The translations under genes and the position numbers were made by a program. Below the pieces are notes generated by a model. That model ran no database searches, was not told the DNA's origin, and was given only the letters and a program-made list of their open reading frames with translations. From positions 32,001 to 96,000 of the IMG/VR virus record IMGVR_UViG_3300030099_006395: a DNA stretch of 64,000 nt; one strand, written 5' to 3'. Source of the stretch: a virus. Below are positions 29,844 through 40,068 of the stretch, piece after piece. Within the stretch, counting starts at the first letter, position 1. Each line of letters begins with the position of its first letter.

Positions 29844-30700
29844 AAAAAACATATATAATAGCAGAAATAGGAATAAATCATAATGGAGATTTAGATATAG
29901 CTAAAAAACTAATTGACATAGCTCATCTATCTGGTTGTGATTCAGTTAAATTTCAAAAACGAAATCCCGATGTATGTGTTCCTGAACATCAAAAAGGTGT
30001 TATGAGAGATACTCCTTGGGGTAGAATGACATATTTAGAATATAAATATAAAGTAGAGTTTGGTAAAGAAGAGTATGATGAGATAGATAGATATTGCAAG
30101 GAAAGAGGAATTGATTGGTCAGCATCTCCCTGGGATATGGATAGTTTAGATTTCTTGATGCAGTATGATATTCCATATATAAAAATACCATCAGCTATGT
30201 TAACCAATAAAGAATTGATAATAGCTGCTAGAGATACAGGTAAAAAAGTTATACTTTCTACTGGAATGAGCACTTGGAGAGAAATTGAGGAAGCTAACAC
30301 TTGGTTAATACATGGTAATGAAGGTCAAATAAAATTAGGTCAAGGTAATAAAAATTATGCATTGTTACATTGTAATTCACAATATCCAGCACCACTTGAA
30401 GAATTGAATTTAAGTGCAATAAAAACCTTGAAACAGAAATACTTTTGTGAAGTTGGTTATAGCGGACATGAGTTTAGACTAGGTACATCCGTAGCAGCTG
30501 TTTATTTGGGAGCAACAATTATAGAAAGACATATTACACTTGATAGAACTATGTGGGGTACAGACCATTTATCTTCTGTAGAACCTCAAGGTTTAATCAA
30601 GTTAGTAAAAGGTATTAGAGAATTAGAAACTTGTTATGGTGACGGAGAGTTAGGTTGTTCACCTGGTGAGTTAGAAATAGCTAAAAAATTAAGGGGGTAA
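29840..30700 (+). CDS. NeuB-family nonulosonic acid synthase, no C-terminal SAF domain
   Basis: IAEIGINHNG, VKFQ, LSTGM, LHCNS.YP, GYSGHE, IERHITL. Confidence 0.93.
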   Translation: MKKTYIIAEIGINHNGDLDIAKKLIDIAHLSGCDSVKFQKRNPDVCVPEHQKGVMRDTPWGRMTYLEYKYKVEFGKEEYDEIDRYCKERGIDWSASPWDMDSLDFLMQYDIPYIKIPSAMLTNKELIIAARDTGKKVILSTGMSTWREIEEANTWLIHGNEGQIKLGQGNKNYALLHCNSQYPAPLEELNLSAIKTLKQKYFCEVGYSGHEFRLGTSVAAVYLGATIIERHITLDRTMWGTDHLSSVEPQGLIKLVKGIRELETCYGDGELGCSPGELEIAKKLRG

Positions 30701-30701
30701 A

Positions 30702-31685
30702 ATGAATAATTTTTACAAAGGTAAAAAAATACTAATAACAGGTGGTACAGGTTCATTGGGTAAAGCATTAATAAAAGAACTAAAAAATTATGATTGTGAA
30801 CTAATAGTTTATAGTCGTGATGAAGGGAAACAGGCATTATCATTTGGAAATGATTCAAGTATTGTTAGAGTTATTGGTGATGTCAGAGATTTAGATAAAC
30901 TTGATGTAACTATGAAAAGACATAAACCTGATTATGTAATTCATACAGGTGCATTAAAAAGAATTGATGATATGGAGTTTTATCCAGATGAATGTGTAAA
31001 GACAAACATTCAAGGTTCTGAAAATGTAGCAATTGCTTCTCAAAATAATGGTGTAAAAAAATGTATATTAATATCTACTGATAAGGCGTGTCAACCTGTT
31101 AATGTGTATGGTTCGAGTAAATTTATAGCAGAAAGAATATTTACTAATTATGATTACAATTCAAATTCTACTATATTCTCTTCAGTTAGATATGGTAATG
31201 TAATTGCAAGTAGAGGTTCTTTTATACCTTTATGGATGGACGCTATATCAGAAGGTAAAAGAATGAATGTAACATCAATGGAAATGACAAGATTTTTATT
31301 TACATTGAGTGACGCTGTTGATACGGTGTTGAAATCTTTGTATTATGCAGAGGGTGGTGAAGTATTTATACCAAAAATAAATTCATTTAAAATGCGAGTT
31401 ATAATAGATTCTATTAAAAAGTTAGTTGGTAAAGATGATGTGGAAACTAAAATAATTGGAGTTAGACCAGGTGAAAAACTACATGAAGATATGTTGGCCA
31501 AAACAGAATTGCCATTTACATATCAGCCTGATGATAAGTTGTTAACCGTTATTCCACAATATACAAATAAATCTCATACATATAGTAAAAAATATGATGG
31601 TAAAGAATTTAACTCATCATTACATAATAATGATAATGTAGATGATTTGTGTGAATTAATAAAAAGAGGGTTACAAGTAGATTAA
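30702..31685 (+). CDS. pseB: UDP-GlcNAc 4,6-dehydratase (PseB/CapD family)
   Basis: TGGTGSLG, SRDE.KQ, STDKA..P.NVYG.SK, RYGNV..SRGS, RPGEKLHE. Confidence 0.88.
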   Translation: MNNFYKGKKILITGGTGSLGKALIKELKNYDCELIVYSRDEGKQALSFGNDSSIVRVIGDVRDLDKLDVTMKRHKPDYVIHTGALKRIDDMEFYPDECVKTNIQGSENVAIASQNNGVKKCILISTDKACQPVNVYGSSKFIAERIFTNYDYNSNSTIFSSVRYGNVIASRGSFIPLWMDAISEGKRMNVTSMEMTRFLFTLSDAVDTVLKSLYYAEGGEVFIPKINSFKMRVIIDSIKKLVGKDDVETKIIGVRPGEKLHEDMLAKTELPFTYQPDDKLLTVIPQYTNKSHTYSKKYDGKEFNSSLHNNDNVDDLCELIKRGLQVD

Positions 31686-32740
31686 TGAAATCATTTGAAC
31701 CAACAATAACAAAACAAGACATACAAAAAGTTACAGAACTATTAGAATCAGGTAACATAGGGTTCGGTAGTAATGTAAAAGTATTTGAAGATAAATTTTC
31801 TAAACATTCAGAAAAAAAATATAATATCGGATTAAATTCTGCATCAGCTGCAGCATATTGTCTATTCGCATATCTATACGATAAACATGGTAGTTGTGAT
31901 ATTTACACACCTTCATTGGGATTTACATCAGTTTCATGGGCAGCAGAAAAAAATGGTCATCGTGTTATTTTTGTCGATGTAGATGATAATTTATTATTTG
32001 ATTTTGATTCTTACAAACAATTACGACAAGACCCTTATATAAAAAAAGGTGAGGGTAATAAAACAATATTGATGCCAGTGTTATATGGTGGTGTAAGTAA
32101 TGTACCAAATTTTAATGAACAGGTTACAGATGAAATAGTTATAGTTGATTCAGCACATTGTATTCAACCAACAATAAAATCTGATTACATATTCTTTTCA
32201 TTTCATCCAATCAAACCTCTAACTATGAGTTGTGGTGGGTTATTAGGAACTGATGATGAAGAAGCTAACGAATACATATGTAGTTATAGAAACTTTGGGA
32301 GGGAGAATATTGGTGACACATACGACATAGTAAATCCTGGTTTTAACTTCTATATGAATAATTTAAACGCCACGTTAGGTTTATCACAATTAGATAGTTG
32401 TTTTCAAAACATAAAAAAAAGAAAATATAACTTGGAATATTTGCAGAAAAGCATTAGATTAGACATAGGACGTTTTACAGAACACGATGAAAAATCATCA
32501 TATTATTTAGGAACACTTATTTTAAATGAAAGGGGTTCAGAGGATTTGAGACATAAATTAAAAAAGAATGGATGTGATGCATCATTTCATTATCCATATT
32601 TACATCTCTCTCAATATTATAACTCTAATGTACCATTAGGTAATTTAGAAGATTTAGATGATAGGATTATTAATTTACCAATTCATCAAAATTTATCAGC
32701 TGTCGATGTCAGTAGAATAGTGGGGGTTATTAATGAGTAA
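31685..32740 (+). CDS. DegT/PseC-family PLP aminotransferase
   Basis: VDSAH, FSFHPIK...GG, GFNF; follows pseB. Confidence 0.88.
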   Translation: MKSFEPTITKQDIQKVTELLESGNIGFGSNVKVFEDKFSKHSEKKYNIGLNSASAAAYCLFAYLYDKHGSCDIYTPSLGFTSVSWAAEKNGHRVIFVDVDDNLLFDFDSYKQLRQDPYIKKGEGNKTILMPVLYGGVSNVPNFNEQVTDEIVIVDSAHCIQPTIKSDYIFFSFHPIKPLTMSCGGLLGTDDEEANEYICSYRNFGRENIGDTYDIVNPGFNFYMNNLNATLGLSQLDSCFQNIKKRKYNLEYLQKSIRLDIGRFTEHDEKSSYYLGTLILNERGSEDLRHKLKKNGCDASFHYPYLHLSQYYNSNVPLGNLEDLDDRIINLPIHQNLSAVDVSRIVGVINE

Positions 32741-33740
32741 CACATTTGTTATTGCAGAAGCAGGAGCGAATCACGATAGAAAATTTGCACAAGCATTTAG
32801 ATTAATAGATGTTGCGATTAAATCTGGAGCAGATGCAGTTAAGTTTCAGACATATTCCTCTGATACATTATATTCTAAATATACTCCTGATTTTGCTGGG
32901 CATAAAAATATACCTGAATTAATAAAAAGTATTGAGTTACCAAGAGAATGGCAAAAAGAATTAAAACTATATTGTGATGACAATGGCATTGAGTTTATGT
33001 CTACACCATTCGATGAAAGAGCAGTAGACGAGTTATATGATTTAGGAGTAAAAAGGTTTAAGATTGCTGGGTTTGAATCTACAGATCCAAGATTAGTTAA
33101 GTATGTCGCATCTACAAAATTACCACTTATAATTTCGTTGGGAATCGGAACTGATTTTAATACAATGGTTCAGATTAAAAATTGGATTTTAGAGGTAAAC
33201 AATAATCCAGATATAACATTCCTTCATTGTAACAATGCATATCCAACACCATTTGAAGATATAAATTTAAAACATATGAGTAATATGATTTACAATGGAT
33301 TAAAAGGTGTTATGAAATTTGGATTGTCAGACCATACTGAAGGCATACTAACACCACCAATAGCTGTTGCACTAGGAGCTGAAGTAATTGAAAAACATTA
33401 TACTATAGACAGGAGTTTATCTGGTCCTGATCATCCATTTGCTATAGAACCCGATGAATTAAAAGAGATGGTTAAGAATATTAGACTAGTAGAAAAAATG
33501 ATGAATATAAAATCAGAACAATATACCAAAAGTGAAAAAGGTTTTTCGATGGCTAGAAGATCAGTAATTGTTAAAGGTGATGTTAAACAAGGTGATATTA
33601 TAACTAAAGATAACATAACAACTAAAAGACCATTATTGGAAGATTCAATACCAGCTGTAGAATATTATGAATTAATTGGTAAACATTTTACTAAAGATTT
33701 GGGAGATGATGTTATATTAACAAGGGATGATGTAAAATGA
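32733..33740 (+). CDS. NeuB/PseI-family synthase with SAF domain
   Basis: IAEAGANH, VKFQ, STPFD, GLSDHT, IEKH, RRS..., KRP. Confidence 0.92.
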   Translation: MSNTFVIAEAGANHDRKFAQAFRLIDVAIKSGADAVKFQTYSSDTLYSKYTPDFAGHKNIPELIKSIELPREWQKELKLYCDDNGIEFMSTPFDERAVDELYDLGVKRFKIAGFESTDPRLVKYVASTKLPLIISLGIGTDFNTMVQIKNWILEVNNNPDITFLHCNNAYPTPFEDINLKHMSNMIYNGLKGVMKFGLSDHTEGILTPPIAVALGAEVIEKHYTIDRSLSGPDHPFAIEPDELKEMVKNIRLVEKMMNIKSEQYTKSEKGFSMARRSVIVKGDVKQGDIITKDNITTKRPLLEDSIPAVEYYELIGKHFTKDLGDDVILTRDDVK

Positions 33741-34960
33741 ATATTTTAATTACATCTATTTCTACAAAAGTATTATTAGTTAAACAATTTAAAAAAACAG
33801 CTACTAACTTTTCTGATGTAACAATATTCGCAGGAGATGTAGATTCAGATGCTGTAGGGTTGATGTATTCTGATAAACATTTAATTTTACCAAAAGATAA
33901 AGATTTAGACTTCATTGATAAAATGTTGGACATATGTTTAGAAAATAATATTGAATTAATAATCCCAACGAGAGATGAAGAGTTACCACTTTTTGCTAAG
34001 AATGTAAAAAAATTCAATGAATGTGGTTGTTCTGTTTTGGTATCATCGTTGGAGACTATAAATATTTGTCAGAATAAAAGTGAATTTTTTAGGTTTTGTG
34101 AAGATAATAAAATAAATGTTCCTAAAACATATTGGAATTGTGATGATATAGTTTATCCATCTTTTGTAAAGCCCGTGTATGGTAAAGCTAGTAAAGGTGT
34201 TTTTAAAATATCAAATGATAAAGATCTTTCAAAATTAAATGATGGGATGATTGTACAAGAATATATAGATTGGCAAGAGTACACTATAGATTTATTTTCA
34301 GATTTCGAATCTAATATTATTTCTGTAATTCCAAGAAAAAGAATAAAAATACTTAATGGTGAATCTCATATAGGTGAAACAGAAAATAATGAACACATAA
34401 TAAATGAATCAATAAATCTTGCTAATAAATTAAAATTAATTGGACATAATGTAATTCAATGTTTTTATAAAGATGGGATTGTAAAATTTATAGAAGTCAA
34501 TCCTAGATATGGTGGTGCATCTAATTTAAGTTTCAAGAGTGGTGCAAATACACCAGAATTTTTAATAAAATTACTAAAAGGTGAAAAAATCAAAAGTCAA
34601 ATTAAAGATTTTAAAGATGGTTTAAAAATGTATCGTCATTCAACAGATGTATTTGTGAATGAAAATATATCAAATAAAGTCTTTTGTATTGATATTGATG
34701 GAACTATATGTACAGAGGACTGTAAATATGAAGAAGCTAAACCAATAACTAAAGTAATTGATAAAATTAATAAATTATATGAAAAAAATGTTATCAAATT
34801 ATTTACTGCAAGAGGAGCTGAAAGTGGATTTGATTGGAAACCTTTAACTGAAAAACAATTAAATGAGTGGGGTGTTAAATACCATAATTTAATTATGGGT
34901 AAACCATATGCTGATTATTATGTTGATAATAAAGCAATAGATGTATTGGATTGGGTATGA
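33737..34960 (+). CDS. ATP-grasp ligase fused to HAD phosphatase
   Basis: KP..G..S, VQEYI...EYTID, FIEVNPR; C-terminal DIDGTI, FTARG, GKP.AD.YVD. Confidence 0.85.
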   Translation: MNILITSISTKVLLVKQFKKTATNFSDVTIFAGDVDSDAVGLMYSDKHLILPKDKDLDFIDKMLDICLENNIELIIPTRDEELPLFAKNVKKFNECGCSVLVSSLETINICQNKSEFFRFCEDNKINVPKTYWNCDDIVYPSFVKPVYGKASKGVFKISNDKDLSKLNDGMIVQEYIDWQEYTIDLFSDFESNIISVIPRKRIKILNGESHIGETENNEHIINESINLANKLKLIGHNVIQCFYKDGIVKFIEVNPRYGGASNLSFKSGANTPEFLIKLLKGEKIKSQIKDFKDGLKMYRHSTDVFVNENISNKVFCIDIDGTICTEDCKYEEAKPITKVIDKINKLYEKNVIKLFTARGAESGFDWKPLTEKQLNEWGVKYHNLIMGKPYADYYVDNKAIDVLDWV

Positions 34961-35454
34961 AATATAAATTAGGAACTATAGAAAAAAATAATATCGAGTT
35001 TATTAGAACATTGAGAAATAATCAAATGGATATCTTGAGACAATTTAAATTAATTAATTCGGTGGAACAAGAAGAATATTTTAATAAAGTACATAAAGAT
35101 AATACACAGATATTATTTTCTATTTTGGATAATGATAGTTTTATTGGGTATTGTGGATTGACTAATATTAATTATATCTATGGAACTGCAGAAATATCAT
35201 TTATAGTTGATACTGATGATTATGAAAATGTATTTTTGTTTGTGTTAAATGAATTGAGTAAACATGCATTTAATGTTTTGAATTTAAATAAAATTTGGAC
35301 AGAAACATATGAATTTAGAAAAAACCACATAAACATAATAGAATCTTTTGGAATGAAACAAGAAGGCATATTAAGAGAACATGTTTATAAAAAAGGGAAA
35401 AGGTACAATAGTATTGTACATTCATTATTGAAGAGGGAATATGGAACAATTTAA
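34957..35454 (+). CDS. GNAT N-acetyltransferase (PseH/RimJ-like)
   Basis: IGYCGL.NI, AF..LNL.KI, GMKQEG.LREH. Confidence 0.82.
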   Translation: MKYKLGTIEKNNIEFIRTLRNNQMDILRQFKLINSVEQEEYFNKVHKDNTQILFSILDNDSFIGYCGLTNINYIYGTAEISFIVDTDDYENVFLFVLNELSKHAFNVLNLNKIWTETYEFRKNHINIIESFGMKQEGILREHVYKKGKRYNSIVHSLLKREYGTI

Positions 35455-36367
35455 AGATAAAAATATATTAGTGACAGGTGGTTGTGGTGTAATTGGTAGA
35501 GAACTTATAGCTAAGTTAGTTTTGTTTGGTGCAAACGTGAGATGTGTAGATTTTGTTGATTTACCAACAGAGTTAGAAAAATTACCTATTGAATTTTATA
35601 AAGTAGATTTATCCGATTCAAAATCACAATTTTTATTTAGGTACAATCCTGATTATGTTTTTCATTTAGCAGCTGATTTTGAAAGAAGTACTGAAAGTTT
35701 TGACTTTTGGGATTCTAATTTTAACAACAATGTATTAGCATCTAGGAACTTATTAAACAAGGTAATGAATTGCACTAATTTAAAAAAGATAGTTTTTGCA
35801 TCAAGTTATTTAATTTATGATAAAGATTTGTATACCAATGATTTAACTTTCTTGAAAGAAACTGATGTTATACAACCAAGAAATTTATGTGGTATTGCAA
35901 AATTACAAACAGAAACAGACTTAAATTTTATAAATGAATTTAAAGATATAGATATAGCGAGTGCTAGAATATTTAGAGTTTATGGTAGAGGTTCAAGAGA
36001 TATAATATCAAGATGGGTTGAAGATGCATATAATAATAAAACTATAAAAGTGTTTAGTAAAGACAATAGTTTTGATTATATATACGCTGAAGATGTAGCA
36101 GATGGATTAATACAGATATGTAAAAGAAATCTTAAACATAAAGTTTATAATATAGGTACAGGAAATTCTGTACCAATTCATAGAATTGTAGATATATTAA
36201 AAAATAAATTTGCAAATCTAAAAATTGATTTTGTAGATGATGTTATATTTCCTGAACAGAGTGGTGCACATATGGGTAGATTATATGAAGAAACTATGTG
36301 GCAATCTAAATATGATATTGAAAAAGGAATTGATAAAGTCATATCTCATATGGGAGAAAATAAATGA
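35441..36367 (+). CDS. NAD-dependent epimerase/dehydratase
   Basis: TGGCGVIG, HLAA, R.F.VYG; catalytic YxxxK appears as CGIAK. Confidence 0.85.
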   Translation: MEQFKDKNILVTGGCGVIGRELIAKLVLFGANVRCVDFVDLPTELEKLPIEFYKVDLSDSKSQFLFRYNPDYVFHLAADFERSTESFDFWDSNFNNNVLASRNLLNKVMNCTNLKKIVFASSYLIYDKDLYTNDLTFLKETDVIQPRNLCGIAKLQTETDLNFINEFKDIDIASARIFRVYGRGSRDIISRWVEDAYNNKTIKVFSKDNSFDYIYAEDVADGLIQICKRNLKHKVYNIGTGNSVPIHRIVDILKNKFANLKIDFVDDVIFPEQSGAHMGRLYEETMWQSKYDIEKGIDKVISHMGENK

Positions 36368-37089
36368 TAAAATCAGTTAAATTCATGTCAACTGAAGTAA
36401 CCAACAATACTTTTGTTGATAAATTTCAGGATAAAAAAATATTAGTTATGGGTTCAGGACCATCTGTTAATGAATTAAATTGGGAAAATTTAGATTATGA
36501 CGGTATTGTTACTTGTAATAATTTTTTTAGGAATGATAGAGTTTTATCTCAAGCAGATAAAATATTACATATTTCATTTCAAAGAATTGTTGATTTAAAT
36601 AATGAAACATTAATATCATTTTTAGATAATAATCCTAAATGTACAATTGGTTTTGATTCATACACTTTATGGGATGCGAATCCAGAATTTAATAAAAAAT
36701 ATAAAAATAGAATTTGTGGTTATGATACTGTTAGATGTTCTAATAATCATGACGGAGTTGGTGGTAGATTATCTTATTTTACTATAGCGTGGAAACCATC
36801 TGATTTGTATTTCATAGGATTAGATGGATTTTCTGAAAATATGAAAAATGATCCACCTAATGCATTTAGAGATTGGATAAAAGGATCTGCTGATAGTCAT
36901 TATGATCATAGTCAAATTAAAACTTCTCATTCTGAATTTGCCGATTATGTTTATAATTTTTCTAAAGAACATAATATAAATATCTATAATTTGGGTGAAG
37001 GTTTACAATACAATGTTTTAACTGAATTTAGTGAGAAATTATTTCCATTACCTAAAAATATAAAAAATAAATTAAAGGAGTCTAAATGA
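36364..37089 (+). CDS. Putative nonulosonate transferase (DUF115/Maf/GT42-like Rossmann fold)
   Basis: ILVMGSGPS, TCNNFF, LYFIGLDG. Confidence 0.6.
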   Translation: MIKSVKFMSTEVTNNTFVDKFQDKKILVMGSGPSVNELNWENLDYDGIVTCNNFFRNDRVLSQADKILHISFQRIVDLNNETLISFLDNNPKCTIGFDSYTLWDANPEFNKKYKNRICGYDTVRCSNNHDGVGGRLSYFTIAWKPSDLYFIGLDGFSENMKNDPPNAFRDWIKGSADSHYDHSQIKTSHSEFADYVYNFSKEHNINIYNLGEGLQYNVLTEFSEKLFPLPKNIKNKLKESK

Positions 37090-37760
37090 AAAATATAAAT
37101 GATGTATGTGTACTAATACAGGCAAGGTTAGGTTCAACACGAGTACCAGGTAAAATGTTAAGACCATTTGCTGGAACTACACTTGTAGATATTTTGTTTG
37201 AAAAATTAAAATTATCAAAAGTTATTCCTCAAGATAATATTTATTTTTCAGCGTATGAGAAAGAATTAAAAGAAGTTGGTAACAAACATAATATTAATAT
37301 ATTTGATAGAAGTGAAGCTTCAGCATTTTCAGAGGGAGAACCTTTATCAGAAATATATGAGTGGTATAATAAGTTGCCATTTAAATATGTTGTGTTAATC
37401 AGTGCATGTAATCCTTTGTTAAAAATAGAGACGATAGATTCTTTTGTAGAAAGTTTTTTAAATTCAGATAAAGAAGGTGGATTTGCTGTATTTGAAAAAA
37501 AGACATACTATTGGGATAAGAATGGAAAGCCAATAACAAATTGGGATGGTGCAACTATAATGAATACTAAATTTGTAGAACCTATATATGAAGCTGCTCA
37601 TTGTTTATATGCAAGTAGAATGGATATAATAGGTAGAGGTCATTGGATGGATACTAAATCACCACCAGAACCTGAATTATTTACTATGGAAGAGTTAGAG
37701 GCATTTGATATTGATTATGAATGGCAATTTAAATTAGGTGAGGAATTATATAATGGATAA
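37086..37760 (+). CDS. Acylneuraminate cytidylyltransferase (NeuA/PseF family)
   Basis: IQARLGS.RVPGK..RPF, NPL, FDIDY. Confidence 0.9.
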   Translation: MKNINDVCVLIQARLGSTRVPGKMLRPFAGTTLVDILFEKLKLSKVIPQDNIYFSAYEKELKEVGNKHNINIFDRSEASAFSEGEPLSEIYEWYNKLPFKYVVLISACNPLLKIETIDSFVESFLNSDKEGGFAVFEKKTYYWDKNGKPITNWDGATIMNTKFVEPIYEAAHCLYASRMDIIGRGHWMDTKSPPEPELFTMEELEAFDIDYEWQFKLGEELYNG

Positions 37761-39360
37761 ATTATTTGCATTAGGAGTTGGAGAATCTGTTAGGTTTTAC
37801 GAAAAACAAATACCAGGTATATTTGAAAAATATAAAACAATAACTCTACATAATGGTTTTATAAAATTATATGATAAGTTCGGTAAGTATACAGATTACT
37901 ATACTTGGGGAGATCCTTTTGGTGCATTACATACTTTAAGATATTTAAATACTATTGATGTTATTAAAACAAAGATATTAATACCAAGCACTATGTTAGG
38001 AACATATGAAGATTTTAGAAAATATCACGGAACAAGTAGAATTTCTCAAGATAATAAATGGGATGAATATAAATCTTTAATATTTAAACTATACAATAAA
38101 GGTTTTACAATTTTTGAAATACCGACAGGTACAATGAAAGAAAAAAATTATTCTGTTGAAGAAAGATTTAATGGTAATAAAATGGTGATGGGAACTTGGA
38201 AATGGACTGGAGACGCTTCTGAAGAAAGATGTACAACAGAGACTAAATTGACATCTTTAATATTTCCATTAGCTCACTATTTAGATTTTGATGAGGTTGA
38301 TGTTTTAGGTTTTGATTTAATAGGTGGTAGGTTTTATGATAAGATAGAAGGTGTTCCATCAGACCCATGGCCAAAACATCAATTACCACTATTGGTTGAA
38401 AATATGAATGTATGGAATAGTTGGAAAGAATATCATAATATAGATTTAATTAGTGTTGTGAATGATGATTTAACTATAAATAATCAAGCTTTGGAATACA
38501 AAGACATTTCTGAATTTAAATTAAAAACATGGTCTGAATATTATAAAGAATGTAAAAAGGTTTATGGTGATTCTGATACTGATATAAACGATTTAACTAT
38601 TCATACTAAACATTTTAAAGATGAAAAATATAATAATTTAATAACATCATTGAGAAATAAATTAGATGTGTTGTATCAAAATGAATCTAATTATGAATGG
38701 AAAAATGTTGCTATGGGTTTAAATGATATATTTATGGTTGAAGATGAATTAAAACCTTTAGTTGAAGAATATTTAATCCCATATTTAGAAAAAAATATAT
38801 TTGGTTGTTATGTACATTGTGATAATATAAAAATATATAAAACACCACAAGTAAATTCACAAGAATCAAGTTCTTGGGTGTGGCATATTGATAATAATCC
38901 TGTTGAACAAATGAAAGTTATGATATACATAAATGATGTAAATAAAGAATCAGGAGCATTTAGATATTTAAAAAAAGATAATGGTGGTGTTAAGTTATTG
39001 TCTACGCGGAGAGATTATCAAAATTGGAAAGAAACTTATCAAGAAGAAATATTTGAAAAATTCGGTCGTAAGTGGAATGGAACAAGAACACCTGATAGTA
39101 TATTGAATGACTTTATTCAGAATGAAAATTGTGAGATTGTAGATATAGAAGATAAGGCAGGAACTGCAATTATCTTTGATAACAATTGTATTCATAAAGG
39201 AACAATACCAACAAATGGTTTCAGATATGCGATGACTATTCAATTTAAACCTGTAAATAAAAAATTAGTACCTGTATTTGATAAAAAATATGTAGGTAAT
39301 GGATGGAAACATGTAACATTCCATAAAGACCCAGAAATAATAAAACCAATGGATTATTAA
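37753..39360 (+). CDS. Fusion: transferase-like N-terminal domain + PhyH-type 2OG-Fe(II) dioxygenase
   Basis: ALGVGES...VLGFD; C-terminal WHID, AGT.IIFD...HKG, R. Confidence 0.65.
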   Translation: MDKLFALGVGESVRFYEKQIPGIFEKYKTITLHNGFIKLYDKFGKYTDYYTWGDPFGALHTLRYLNTIDVIKTKILIPSTMLGTYEDFRKYHGTSRISQDNKWDEYKSLIFKLYNKGFTIFEIPTGTMKEKNYSVEERFNGNKMVMGTWKWTGDASEERCTTETKLTSLIFPLAHYLDFDEVDVLGFDLIGGRFYDKIEGVPSDPWPKHQLPLLVENMNVWNSWKEYHNIDLISVVNDDLTINNQALEYKDISEFKLKTWSEYYKECKKVYGDSDTDINDLTIHTKHFKDEKYNNLITSLRNKLDVLYQNESNYEWKNVAMGLNDIFMVEDELKPLVEEYLIPYLEKNIFGCYVHCDNIKIYKTPQVNSQESSSWVWHIDNNPVEQMKVMIYINDVNKESGAFRYLKKDNGGVKLLSTRRDYQNWKETYQEEIFEKFGRKWNGTRTPDSILNDFIQNENCEIVDIEDKAGTAIIFDNNCIHKGTIPTNGFRYAMTIQFKPVNKKLVPVFDKKYVGNGWKHVTFHKDPEIIKPMDY

Positions 39361-39361
39361 T

Positions 39362-40066
39362 ATGAGAAAAATATTTTTAGATTGTGGAGCATACAATGGT
39401 TGTTCTGTAGAATTGTTTACTAAAATGTATGATGATTATGAGGAATATGAGGTATTCTCATTCGAAGCAAATAGGGGATTGAGTAATCAGATATGGTCTA
39501 CAGCAAAAAAGTATAAATTTAAAAACTTTACATTAATTAATGAAGCTGTGTGGATTTCTAGTGGAATAAAATATTTTGTTGGATCACGATTAGTTGATTT
39601 AAAAAATGATACTGATGATGCTACTTTAGTTAAAAGTTACGAAGAAATAACTTTAATGTACGAACAGGAGCAAACAGACACAGGTCAACCTAGAGGTAAT
39701 TTACAGACTTTAGATTTTTCTAAATTTATACTTGACAATTTTGATAAAAATGATTATATAATTTTAAAAATGGACATTGAAGGAGCAGAATATAAAGTTA
39801 TTGATAAAATGTTTAATGATGATTCTCTAAAGTATATTTCTAAATTTTATGGAGAATTACATGGTACTAAAAAAGGATTTAATCAAAATGATACCAATAA
39901 ATTTTTTAAACAAATCTACTCTAATAATTTAAGGATGTTTAATTGGGATAGTATGCAAGGAGAAATAAGTGATTTAGAAATAGTACCAAATAATACAGAA
40001 AATTCATTTGAAATTAGCGGTTCATGTAATAGATTATGTCATTCATATAAAAAAATAGAGGATTAA
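39362..40066 (+). CDS. FkbM-like methyltransferase
   Basis: FLDCGA..G, FEAN, LKMDIEGAEY, ELH. Confidence 0.85.
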   Translation: MRKIFLDCGAYNGCSVELFTKMYDDYEEYEVFSFEANRGLSNQIWSTAKKYKFKNFTLINEAVWISSGIKYFVGSRLVDLKNDTDDATLVKSYEEITLMYEQEQTDTGQPRGNLQTLDFSKFILDNFDKNDYIILKMDIEGAEYKVIDKMFNDDSLKYISKFYGELHGTKKGFNQNDTNKFFKQIYSNNLRMFNWDSMQGEISDLEIVPNNTENSFEISGSCNRLCHSYKKIED

Positions 40067-40068
40067 CA

